A DNA stretch of 64,000 bases from the human T2T-CHM13v2.0 reference genome, Homo sapiens, in NCBI RefSeq assembly GCF_009914755.1, contig NC_060930.1; one strand, 5' to 3'. Positions 27,077 through 41,148 of the stretch are shown here, one piece after another. A model generated the notes under the pieces. The model worked only from the letters and a program-made list of their open reading frames with translations, was not told where the DNA came from and did no database searches. The stretch's first letter is position 1. Every line of letters starts with the position of its first letter. A program made the position numbers and the translations under genes.

Positions 27077-29399
27077 CTCACAATGTTTTATTTTCTCATT
27101 GGTTTGGCTGGTTTTGTTTGATTTTAGATCCACCAACATGTTTGCCCATTTGTTTACTCACCTGTTCTTTCTTCTCAAATGTTCCTTCTAAAAGCATTTA
27201 TCTTCTCTTCTTCCTGAAGTTATTTTTAGAAGTTATTTAAGGGCAGCCTGTTAATGGTCAACTCAGTTTTTACCAACAAGTGTCTTTTCTTTCATCCACC
27301 TTTTCTGTAAGTCTGTTTAGCTGAGTGTGGAAATGGAAGTGGAAAATCATTGTCTCCCCCATTCTGCAGTCTTCTGCCTTCCATCCTTGCTGTTGAGAAG
27401 TTTCCTGTCCGTCTACGTGGTTCCTGCTTCGGAGTGATGTGTCTTAACTCTCTGGCTGTTTTTCAGATTTTCTCCTTACCTTTGATATATTGCTGTTTTA
27501 ATATATTCTGTCCAAATGCAGATTTCATTTTACTTGTCCTGTTTGGAATACATTGCGTTTTTGTTTATGGATTCTTTGATTCATTCTGAAAAACTCTCCC
27601 ACCCATTATTTCTTCAAATAGGCATCTCGTTCATTCTTATTCTCTTCTTCTGAGACGAGCGGACTTTTGTAAACCTCGTCTTTCCATCTTCCTTATCTCT
27701 TCTGCATCGTCGTGTCTCTCTGCGTGGTGTTCTGCATAATTTCTTAAGATTTGTCTTCCAATTTTCTAGTTTTTTTATTAACTTTATAAAAATCCTGTTT
27801 GTTTTGTGACCTTTGGTTAGGAGCTAATATTTACTCACTCTTAATCTGAAAATAAACAAAGCAGTGAGCATAAATCGAGAGCGCTTTCCTTCCGGGAAGA
27901 TTTGCATTTGTTGCTCTTGGGAACCACAGGATCATACCAGGTTGGGGCCATTTTTAGCTCAGCTTGATCCAGGAGTCTCAGGTTGGGCCCCGGCCTGCCT
28001 GCGAACACTGCGTCTCCACCCAGAGCAGGCCTGCCTTTGGAGCTGGCTTACTTCCTTTGCTGTATTTTCAGGGTTCTGTTTCTCATGTGCAGACACACTC
28101 ATACACACTCACACCCCGGTTTCCATTAACCACTGCAACTTCAGCAATGCCACAGAATTCTGTTTTGTGAAAGATCTAGTTATTCCCCTGCAAGAAGGCC
28201 TTTCAGAGGGTATGGTCTGCCATACGGCCAAAAGTAGAAGCATGTGCAGGGACGTTTTGCTAGCCATCTTCACACTGTCTTGCTTGCTTCTCTCTCCCTT
28301 ACCCTCCGCCCCCAAATGTTTTCTTCTTCCTACATCTTCTCCCCACCTCTTCAGGCTGTCTCCACGTACCTCATTCAAGTCTTTTCATTCTTGTGCAGAG
28401 CAGTTCATCCTCTTCAGCCTTTATCTTCAGCTCACACGGGGCCTACCTCTGAATATTTAAGCCAGTCAGCAGAAGCAAAGGCAGGCACCAGGCACTGTCC
28501 TGTAATGGGGGATCCGCCCTCCTCAGAAGGCAGTTGTGATTGTAAATAGCAGTTTTTCCTCCATTTGGTGATTTGAATTCACTAAGCACACAGTGAGTGC
28601 CTGCCAGGTGCCTGACGTTGTCCGGGACTCTGTAGAGATTGTTGCTCATGTGAGTTCATGCCATTAGTGTTATATTTCTTCCATGTGTAACGTGTAGCTC
28701 TCAGGAAGCAATATTTAATATGCTCAAGAGCATTAGAATCTTTACTTATCACAGTGTATTTAAAGAAATATAGAAAACATTGGCCTAAGGAATTGCATTT
28801 GTTGATTCATGTTAATGGTTGTTTTTAGCTATTCTTCCCTACTAGTGAGTCATCTATAATACAGTTTGAAGTTTGGTACTTAGCCTTTTACACCCATATT
28901 TCTTCGGTAGCAGAAATTAGAATGAATAATTTGTGTGCATTTTTCAATGTCCATACAAATGCAATGCAGAAAAAAACTCCTCTTTTGCAAACATTGTCGC
29001 TCTTCCTCAGGTGACCCTGTTAGGGTCATATTTTCTTTTATCTTGTATCTTTAAAGGAAAGCGGTAAGTGCAGCTCTAATTTCATCCACTTGGTAAGCAT
29101 TGATTTGTGGGCCTGTATTGTGGGAGGCACTAGTGTAGGCCCTGGGGTACAGTGGGGAGCAAAGCAAAGTCCCTTACACTGCACACAGGTCCTAGTGGGA
29201 GGCAGGCACTCAGCCCTGGGTCCAGAAGGCACCGCAAAGCAGCAACCAGGGCTAAGCCGAGCAGAGGGAGGGAGGGAGGCATTCCAGGCAGACGAGACAG
29301 TGAGCGCATGGGCTCAGAAGTGGCTCTTGCTCAGAATACTTAAAGACAATACTTTAGTATGAAATTAAACCTTTCTTCGCCTACACTTCTGTTTTTCAG

Positions 29400-29531
29400 G
29401 CATCCGAGATGTTTCCAAATGGAGTGAGAGAACAAGAAAGCCTCTAGAAGCCCTCTATGGGTATGACTACTTTGCCAGAACCTGTGAAAAGTGGGTGGAT
29501 GGCATAAGACAGTTTAAACATCTCCCAGATG
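29400..29531 (+). CDS. BPHL: BPHL coding exon 5
   Basis: GIRDVSKWSERTRKPLEALYGYDYFARTCEKWVDGIRQFKHLPD; tttttcag| and |gtaggt; phases are consistent. Confidence 0.95.
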
Positions 29532-29978
29532 GTAGGTTACTGGGCTTGAAGGGCTCTCTGCCTGTTATAGAGGGTGCTCGAGTTCCTCCCCAGTGTTCTG
29601 GAATTGCTCAGTGATTCATGAATCTGCCCATCGCCCTCACACGCTCATGTGTGAGCAGAACAGAGAATACTAGTTCTTGTGTACTGTGCCAGTTCTTGGG
29701 CAGTCAATCTGGCTTAACGGAGAGGTAGGACTGCGTGTCCAAAGGTTCACATTGTTGAGTCTTTAATAGCAGACTGCTCTTTTTTCCTTCTAATCCTTGG
29801 TGTGTGTGCGATGACAAAATAATTATCCAGAAGCCTTAAACCGTTTCTATTTTCTAATTCCAGAATGAGTAATTCGAAAATAAATAGGCCACAATGTGTA
29901 CAATATTTTTTCCTTTTTACACATTTAGATGTGTCTCCCCACGAGGACACTGTTAATCTTTAATCTCAACGGAATTAA

Positions 29979-30353
<375 letters not shown>

Positions 30354-32422
30354 CTCCTATTCTTTATCTGAAAAATTAACAAGATTTCCAGTTAAAGTAA
30401 GAATTGACATCTTTAAGAGAAATTCTGAATTATAGTTTATTTTCATACAGCTGTTTATGTTTATAATCTCATTTTTTTTTAATTACTGAGAAAATAGAGT
30501 AGCTAAGATCTAATCTTGGAGTGCATTGTTACAAAATGGTTGTGATTGAAGGACCAATTTGATCCATTAGGTAATCATTTCCTGCATGAATCATCTGCCA
30601 AAACTTTCACAATGAAAAGGACATTTGGAAATGTTACTCTTCTGGTTTGAGTTGAAAACAGCAAATATATCAAATGTATGCCTTATAATGTTTCTGTTCA
30701 GATGCAGCATCCACCCATGGAGACAGGCCCTGGAAATCTCTGCTCTTAAAACAAAAAAATGCCATGAAACGATGTTTGAGACAGTTCTCCATTAAAGAGG
30801 GCACATTTGTAAAATGTAAACTTGGATGTTTTGTTGAAGAGAGTAGTGAAAAGACAGGAAGATTTAAAGGTGGAAATAGGGTTAAATCAGCAATTCAAAA
30901 ATACGTTCATGATACAGAGGCTGTAGCAGTGTATAAACTGTCTCACAGCGAGGCCCTTCGTGATGCGTCCCCCTTCTGTGCTGACTCATTTGGTAGGAGC
31001 CCTCTTTTCCGACTGTCCTCTCAGGTTTATGGATGCTTGGTATAGTGTAGGGATTCATTGCATTGCACGGCTCTGGAGTGCGATGGCCCTGAGTGTGAGT
31101 TCTGCCTGTGTCCCCGGCTTGCTGTTAGAATGGATCTGGGCAGGTAACTTAGCTTCTTGAAGCTTCGGTTTCCTATCTGTGACCTCGAAAAGCTGTTGTT
31201 GTGGGGATTAAATGAGGTATTATCTATTCAGCTTTGGTGCAGGATCAAAGACAGAGTAAGTGTCTAGTGAAAGGTTGGTATTACTGTTATTACAGAAGTC
31301 CTTAATGAACAAACATTTTTATATGCTGAATGAGTTAAAACATGTAACTACTGTGTTTAACAGATGTGAAATTGTTTAAACAGTTGCTGGCACCAAGTGA
31401 GCACTCAGGCATGTTGACTTTGATCATCACGTGATGATGCAGCTGGCCGGTGTGTGTCATCTCGGGACAGGAGAGGGAAGTGTCAGAGACCTGGAGAAGT
31501 ATTTCCCTAGTCAGCAGGTCCGCTTCTCACTTAGCAGGCAGTGACTTCCCACTGAAGAGGAGGGAAAGGCCTGGGGCCCGTGCAGGGCGGGGGAGCACTG
31601 CCCCGTCGGGGCAGCTCCCAGCCTTCTCAGAGCTGCAGTGCCTTCCTCTTGACACACACGGAGAGGGAATGGAGAAGGAAAGAGCTAGCTTAGGGATGCC
31701 AGGAACCGCAGACGCAACTCTCTTTTTAGCCCCACAACAGCCCCGGGGAACTGTGATTGTTCCTGTTTGTGGCTGAAGCTCCCAGTGGTTAAGGAGCCAC
31801 CACAGCCTCACAGAGGCAGGAAACTGCAGTACAGGGACTAGGGCCCAGGCTGTCCATCATTGCCTCAGGAAAGTTCTCATAAATGGGGGTAAGTCCTTAC
31901 AGTCTCTCCAAAGTATGTTAGTCAGGAGTGTCACAGATGCATCAGCGATAAGGAGAAGCTGCTTTACCGTGCGCAAGTTGTATAATTAATTCCTTGTGAG
32001 GTTCATATGCTTTGAGGGCTGGCCGGGGCCCCTACACTCATCTGAAACGTGATTTCCAGGGAAAAGCTCTACAGGTGTCAAGCACCTACCACTGTTTTCA
32101 CGGTGGGAACCGCCACTGTGGAATATAGTGGTGGGGTGTTTATTTGATTTTCCTACTATTTTATGCGAATTTAAATCAGGCTGCTTATTTACTAGTAGAA
32201 CTCAGAAACAGGCAAACAAACAAGAAACAGAGAGAAACAGAAAAGGGAACCCAAAGAATGTTAGAGCTGGAAGGAATCCCAGGCACGGTCAAATCCAAAA
32301 CACAGTTTTTACGGATAGGGAAACTGAGGGCCAAGGAGGGGCAGGGCTCGCCGAGTTTCGCCTCCTCTGACCGCGTAGAATGGTTGCACTAAAGCAGATT
32401 CCTCGTGCTGTGTATCCGTCAG

Positions 32423-32546
32423 GTAACATCTGCCGGCACCTGCTGCCCCGGGTCCAGTGCCCCGCCTTGATTGTGCACGGTGAGAAGGATCCTCTGGTCC
32501 CACGGTTTCATGCCGACTTCATTCATAAGCACGTGAAAGGCTCACG
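32423..32546 (+). CDS. BPHL: BPHL coding exon 6 (catalytic Asp, HGEKD)
   Basis: GNICRHLLPRVQCPALIVHGEKDPLVPRFHADFIHKHVKGS(R); ccgtcag| and |gtaagt. Confidence 0.95.
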
Positions 32547-33345
32547 GTAAGTCCTGTCACCGCCTTCACACTCCCCCCGAGAGCCTCGGAGTCAATGGGC
32601 AAAGCTACTGGAAGGAAAATAACCAAGAGGAGTTGGAGTTTTAGAGTGCACAGCCCCCCTTTTGCCAATGCCAGTCAGTAGCACCGCTTTATTTAGGGTA
32701 CCACGGAAGAGAGAAGCCCTGAACTGTGGGTGACTGATAACCAGAAGGAAAGGCATGTTCAGATAGACAGCTCTTACTTTCATGAGTGGCAAACATGCTC
32801 ATAGGTGCTAAGCCCTGTCACTTGGTAATAGTTTAGATTTATTTCCATCAGTATTAACCGAAACAGTTTCACACAATTTGGGAATTTTCAGTTTAGTTTT
32901 TTATCATTATAAAAGCACTGACCACCCAATTTAAAAAAATCTGTTAAACCAAATTTCTGATGTCTGCTGACAGCCAGCCCTACTCAGCACAGTTAATGGT
33001 AGTGTTCCCTGTCCCTAAAGCCCCCAGGCCAGCAGGGAAAGCAGGCACAGAAACAGCTCCACTGCTCCCTTCTCGCTCTGTTCTATGATGTATTTAACAA
33101 CAGATTTCTCAGAGAATTTTTAAAGGAGGAAAAAAAGTTTCTTTTCTATAATAAAATACAATTACCATAAACCTTTATAATTACTATATCCATAATGGAT
33201 AATGCTATATCCATTTAGCATTTTTTAAGTTAACAGGCATCTCTTTATTCCACACATTCCTCCTATACCACTTCAACCATGAATCAAAAATACACATGAG
33301 CCTGTATAACAAATAATTCATTTGGTAAGAGCATAGAGTCAGTGA

Positions 33346-33702
<357 letters not shown>

Positions 33703-33728
33703 TGGAGTTTTTAAATTGATTTAGTAGG

Positions 33729-34033
<305 letters not shown>

Positions 34034-34149
34034 TTATTTAGTAGCGAATAAAAGGTATTTTCAAACTAGACTTTATAAAATTATAATACTAAGTTATGGT
34101 CATGGTACAAAATTCCAGTAGTATACTTTCTTATTAATCCTTGCAAAAG

Positions 34150-34453
<304 letters not shown>

Positions 34454-34986
34454 TGCAAAAGTTTTTTATACAATCTCAGTTTTTGTGCTTTTGATTGTAT
34501 ACGTTTGCAGTGTACAAAGTGATATCTCCATATAGCACTTAATATTTTAAAAGGTATTTTATATATAGTATCTAGTTATAGTTTATGACATATTTATGAA
34601 AAATATTATCCATTTTACAGATGAGAAATCATGGCTGAGAGATGTTAAGCAATCTTTCAAGGTTGTATAGCTAGTAAATAATTAATCTTAGATTTTTCTC
34701 CTAATATGGTGCTTTTCCACCATAGCACAGCTGCCACTTATCTCTTAATATGTATGATGGTAACATGCCTAGAATAAGATACCAGGTGACCTGGTTAATT
34801 GTCTTCCAGCTTCAGAAATGACAGGTTTTGCACAGTGACACACATAGTAAATGTGTTATGTGCCCTTAAAGAGCCAGGTTCAATTAAAGTCAGTCTACAA
34901 GAAAGTTTAATTTAGGAATTAAAGTTTAATTTAGGCCCATCTCCTAGCAACACAGTACATCAGTATAGGAGAAAAACACCCTTACA

Positions 34987-35282
34987 GGCTCACACCTGTA
35001 ATCCCAGCACTTTGGGAGGCCGAGGTGGGCAGATCACTTGAGGTCAGGAGTTCAAGACCAGCCTGGCCATCATGGTGAAACCTCGTCTCTACTAGAAATA
35101 CAAAAATTAGCCAGACATGGTCGTGGGCACCCGTAATCCCAGCTACTCAAGATGCTGAGGCAGAGAATCACTTGAACCTGGGAGGCAGAGGTTGCAGCGA
35201 GCCAAGATCACGCCACTGCACTCCAGCCCGGGCAACAAGAGCCGAAACCCTCTCTGAAAAACAAACAAACAAACAAAAAAAC
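34987..35282 (+). mobile_element. AluS (slightly 5'-truncated)
   Basis: Sense dimer with (AAAC)n tail. Confidence 0.9.
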
Positions 35283-35649
35283 ACTTAAAGGCACAGACTA
35301 TCCCTTCCCAGATTTTTACCAAGAAATACAGATTATGTGTGAAGCAAACACCAAACTGCCTTTCTTGCCTCAGAAGGAGGCTGAACAAAGGGTGGAGTTG
35401 CTCAGCAGGTCTGCTTCCAGCTTATGTTAATTTGTCTCTTTCTCTCTTCTCTCTTTGTGGTAGAAGAAAAATAAGAATCGCTTATTTTTATTTTAAGCAA
35501 AGAGGCCTTAGAGATCATTCAAGCTCAGTGATTTTAAAATGTGTTTTTAGTCGGTTGAAGCCCTTCCGCTAACAAGCACTTGTGCTGCAGTCTGAGATAC
35601 GAAACACACTATGAGAGCTGCTCAGACGACAGCAGTGATGGGGAGCAGG

Positions 35650-35845
35650 CTTTGCCTTTCTGCCTCCCGTGTCCACATTTCCTCCTATAAGTACAGCGGT
35701 CGTAATAGATTAGGACCTACTCATATGACTTCATTTCAAATCAATTACCTCTTTAAACACTCTACCCAAAGGAGGTCACACTCTGAGATGCTGGGGGTCA
35801 GGATCTAAGCATATCAATATGAGGGGTGCAGTTCAGCCCATCACA
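35650..35845. mobile_element. MaLR (MLT1-type) LTR fragment
   Basis: aattacctctttaaa...ggtcacactctgagatgctgggggtcagga...gttcagcccatcaca. Confidence 0.65.
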
Positions 35846-36077
35846 GTGCTTCTGAGGAGGTGCTCGGATCTCAGGAGCCAGAGGCCCGGTTCTGGGTTTC
35901 AGACTCGACTGCAAATGATGAGTCCCTCGCCTCTCGCCTGCGGCCCTTCTCCACCCCTCAGCTCCTGCCTTTGCCTGCCTGGGTGTGTGCCCACCCCTTA
36001 GGCCAGGACTCAGGCGGCTCCTCAGCGAGGCTTCCTCGCCTCTGCATGCGCCTCCAGTTGCTCGCTCACCTATCTGA

Positions 36078-36747
<670 letters not shown>

Positions 36748-37061
36748 TAACAGCTGCTAACGTGAATGCAATTCTTCCCATGTTGAACACTCCACCGCCT
36801 ATCCCAGGATGTGGTCTAGAGCATCTGAACATGCTCAGTGCATGTTGAAAGAGAGAGAGGGAGAGCAAGAGGTGCACAGAGGGCCATGTCTCTGTGGATG
36901 GGCTGGGGTCACCAGTGCAGGACCAGCCGCGTGTTCTGAGCCCAGGCCTGAGGGCCAGAGCCGGTGGGAAAGTCCATGTGGCACAGAGTTGGCATCTTAA
37001 GTTCGTGTCAACTAAAGGGGAGGGAGAGGGGTTAAGAGCACCAGCAGGGGACTCAGACCTC

Positions 37062-38128
37062 GGTTGGAGTGCTGGTTTGGGTTTGAATGCTGGTGTGGGT
37101 TGGAGTGCTGGTGTGGGTTGCAGTGCTGGTTTGGGTTGGAGTGCTGGTTTGGGTTTGAGTTCTGGTGTGGGTCAGAGTGCTGGTTTGGGTCGAGTGCTGG
37201 TTCGGGTTGGAGTGCTGGTTCGGGTGGAGTGCTGATTCGGGGTGGAGTGCTGGTGTGGGTTGGAGTGCTGGTTCCAGTTGAGTGCTGATTTGGGTCAGAG
37301 TGCTGGTTTGGGTTGAGTGCTGGTTTGGGTCGGAGTGCTGGTTTGGGTCGGAGTGCTGGTTCGGGTTGGAGTGCTGGTTCCAGCTGGAGTGCTGGTTTGG
37401 GGTGGAGTGCTGGTGTGGGTCGGAGTGCTGGTTTGGGTCGAGTGCTGGTTTGGGTCGGAGTGCTGGTTCGGGGTGGAGTGCTGGTTTGGGTCGAGTGCTG
37501 GTTTGGGTCGGAGTGCTGGTTCGGGTTGGAGTGCTGGTTCCAGCTGGAGTGCTGGTTTGGGTCGGAGTGCTGGTTTGGGTCGGAGTGCTGGTTTGGGGTG
37601 GAGTGCTGGTTCGGGGTGGAGTGCTGGTTTGGGTTTGAATGCTGGTACGGGGTGGAGTGCTGGTTCGGGTTGGAGTGCTGGTTCGGGGTGGAGTGCTGGT
37701 TTGGGTTCGGGGTGGAGTGCTGGTTCAGGGTGGAGTGCTGGTTCGGGTCGGAGTGCTGGTTCGGGGTGGAGTGCTGGTGTGGTTTGGAGTGCTGGTTCCA
37801 GTTGAGTGCTGATTTGGGTCGGAGTGCTGGTTTGGGTTGAGTGCTGGTTTGGGTCGGAGTGCTGGTTCGGGGTGGAGTGCTGGTGTGGTTTGGAGTGCTG
37901 GTTCCAGTTGAGTGCTGATTTGGGTCGGAGTGCTGGTTTGGGTTGAGTGCTGGTTTGGGTCGGAGTGCTGGTTTGGGTCGGAGTGCTGGTTTGGGTCGAG
38001 TGCTGGTTTGGGTCGGAGTGCTGGTTCGGGTTGGAGTGCTGGTTCCGGCTGGAGTGCTGGTTTGGGTCGGAGTGCTGGTTTGGGTCGGAGTGCTGGTTTG
38101 GGCGAGTGCTGGTTCGGGTTGGAGTGCT
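37062..38128. repeat. 18-bp minisatellite (~60 units; consensus GGTTTGGGTCGGAGTGCT) in BPHL intron 6
   Basis: GAGTGCTGG recurs every 17-18 nt, with variant units and higher-order blocks. Confidence 0.97.
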
Positions 38129-38282
38129 CCTTTGGTCACCATGTGCTGGATGTAATATTTCTGTACTACTGTTACCTCTTGTGTGAAATGAGCATGACAA
38201 TACCTATCATCTCAAGATAGTTTTTGAGGAATGAATGAGGAGGTATTTGTACATTTGGACTTAAATTTAAGACTTAACACAC

Positions 38283-38790
38283 CCAGCCTGGGCAACATGC
38301 TGAAACCTCGTCTCTACAAAAAGCAAGAAATTAGCCAGGTATGGTGGTATGCACCTGTAGTCCAAGCTACTCAGGAGGCTGAGGTAGGAGAATCACCAGA
38401 GCCTAGGAGGTGGAGGTTGCAGTGAGCCATGATCATGCCACAGCGCTCCAGCCTGGGTGTAGGAATGAGACCCCACCTGAAAAATAAATAAATAAATAAA
38501 AAATACTCAACAGACAGTAGCTGCCACTTTTGAGGATGGAATGCTGGCATGGATACAGGTGAATAGGGCCCCCAGAGGACATTGGGGCATAGCTTGAAAT
38601 TAGGTCAGGCAAGTTGCCATCTGTTCCAACTTTCAGCACCATTATTATTTGTGTTATTTTTAAATTTTTTAAGAGAAGGTCTCGCTCTGTTGCCCAGGCT
38701 GGAGTGCAGTGGCCCGATCATAGCTCCTGGCAGCCTCAACCTCCTTACTTCAAAGGATGCTCCCGCCTCAGCCTCCTGAATAGCTAAGAC
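38283..38790. mobile_element. Two partial AluJ: + at 38283-38505, - at ~38645-38790
   Basis: Truncated Alu arms. Confidence 0.8.
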
Positions 38791-38814
38791 AACACCATTA
38801 TTAGTGTAGGTATA

Positions 38815-39350
38815 TGGGCATATTTGGGTTCTCCAAAAAAAAAGAACCAACAAGACGTATATGTGTGTATGTATATATAGGTAGAAAAAAGAGATTCATT
38901 TTAGGGAATTGGTTCATGGAGTATGGAAGCTGACAAGTCCCAAGGTCTGCAGAGTGAGTTGGCCAGCTGGAGACCCAGGAGAGCTAAAGGTGTGATTCCA
39001 GTCTAAGTCTGAAGGCCTGACAGCCAGGAGAGGAGATGGTGTGGTTCTAGTGTGAAAGCCAGGAGGCTTGAGACCCAGGAAGAGCCAATGTTTCAGCCTG
39101 AGTCCAAAGGTAGGAAAAAGCCAATATCGCAGACTGAAGGCCAAGGAATTCCCTGTTCTCAGCCTTCTTGTTCTACTCAGGCTTTTAGCAGATTGGACAA
39201 GACCCACCACACTGGGGAGGGCCTCTGCCTTTATTCAGTCAGTGGATTCAAATGCTAACCCATCCAGAAACACCCTCATGAACACACTCAGAAATAATGT
39301 TTGACCAAATATCTGGGCACCCTGTAGCCCAGTCAAGTTGACACAAAGTG
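38815..39350. mobile_element. MLT2 (ERVL) solo LTR
   Basis: gggttctcca...agaaccaa...ggaattgg...gctggagacccagga...ccagaaacaccctca..cacactcagaaataatgtttgaccaaatatctgggcac...cccagtcaagttgacaca. Confidence 0.8.
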
Positions 39351-40844
39351 TACAGTCACAGGGTGAAGGGCTGATGGATGCCATCTCTACAGAGGTCTGG
39401 GCCTTGTGTTGGGTTCACCAGAGGGTGTGCTGGCAGGCTGGCAGCGAGGGATCAGGCCTGGGATGTCTGTGCAGTGGGCTAGTTACTCTCCTCTGTCTGG
39501 ACCACAGAAGGGAAGGAAGGGCCTCTTTCTGCAGCTTCCTTGGCTGTTTGGGTCTGGCCACCAGTGGTAAGATGGCCCTAGTCCTCCCAGGCAGGCCAGT
39601 GGGAGCCTTACCACTAGGTGGAGTGAAATGAATTGGCTTAGGTGGAAAAGATTCACACCAGTGATAATGGTTCATTTTCAGCTCCATAGAAAAGTGAAGC
39701 CAGGTTCTGGTGGGGAGGTAGACGCTGCAGGCAGCCAGGGCTGCAGCTTCCGTTCTGGACTGCCTCCAGCCTGGACGCAGTGGTTTGCCAGCTCCTCTGC
39801 TACTGCCCCAGGTGACAGTTCCCCACCACTGGCATCCCAGCCCTCCTCTTCCCAGGTGCTGCTTTCAGCTCCTCCCAGCTGCTGCTCAGGTGGAAGGGAA
39901 AACCATCAGCTCCACACGCTGCTTGTGGGCTCGTTACAGGATTTACTGCACACAGAATTAGCCAGTGCTTATCAAGTTGAGTCTTTTGTATTAATATTTC
40001 AAAAACAGTGTGGTCTGAACCTTTCCAGACAAATCTTACATGCAAGATTATATTAAAACCTCTCTTAAGAGAAGAAACCTCCAGTTGGAGGTGTTGTGTT
40101 AGCCAACAAATGTAGATTAATTGTGCTCCCCTGAGTCAGTCATTGTTTAATATGCTGCACAGATTAACACCTTCAGGAATTCTGCACATTGTAAAGTGCA
40201 ATACAAATATACTAATAAAATAACAGCAGACATTTATTAAGCTTACCACGTACCCGCAGACCCTATGCTGCATACGTTGAATCTACTATCTCATTCATCC
40301 TCAGAATGATTCTATGGGGTAGATTCTATTACTGTCCGCATTTTCCAGATGAGGAATTGTGACTCAGGGAGATGGATGTAGCCTGTCAGTATGGACTCTG
40401 TGCTGGTTAGACAAAACTGTCCTGGCCCCGTAAAGCCAGTGTTTTCCTCCCACGATGATGCCTCCAGTTTACATCCAAATGTCACAGGAAGAAAGCTTTC
40501 CTGCAGTCCAGGGCCCGACTAGGTCCCCACAGTCACAGCAGATTTGGAAAGGCTTTGTCCTCCACACACCACTTAAAAGCACCAACCCAAGCAGCCCGAG
40601 GGTCCTCTAGCAGCCCACTTCAAGCCGCCACACTGCCCAGAAAGTAGCCTCCGGGGCAGTTTTGCTTCTAATGCTTGTGTCTAATGCTTGAGACATGGTT
40701 GCTTTTGAGAAATGGAGCTGCTCAGTGAGCTGTCGCCCCCACCATCCCCAAATGCCTGGTCAGCCCTAACCAGAGGAGAGCCTGGCCAGCCAGGGCAGCC
40801 CCCAACTTCATCAGCAGCAAGGAGCTTGTGGTTTGACCATTACC

Positions 40845-41148
40845 TTTTTGTTTGTTTGTTTGTTTGTTGTGAGATAGAGCCTTGCTCTATTGCCCGGGCT
40901 GGAGTGCAGTGGCGGGATCTCGGCTCACTGCAACCTCCGCCTACTGGGTTCAAGTGATTCTGCCTCAGCCTCCCGAGTAGCTGGGATTATAGGCGCGCAT
41001 CACCACGCCGGCTAATTTTTGTGTTTTTGGTAGAGATGGAGTTTCACCACATTGACCAGGCTGGTCTCGAACTCCTGACCTCAAGTGATCCACCTGCCTC
41101 GGCCTCCCAAAATGCTGGGATTACAGGCGTGAGCCACCGTGCCCAGTC
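40845..41148 (-). mobile_element. AluS
   Basis: Full antisense dimer with (TTTG)n. Confidence 0.92.

Noticed and set aside
27864-28460. 198-aa ORF in BPHL intron 4
   Set aside because: Non-ATG start, no recognisable domain, lies beside degraded L1-like sequence.
37062-38128. Minisatellite as a CRISPR-like array or a miR-302/miR-17 sponge
   Set aside because: There are no unique spacers and the context is eukaryotic. The minus-strand AGCACTC mismatches the AGCACTT seed site.
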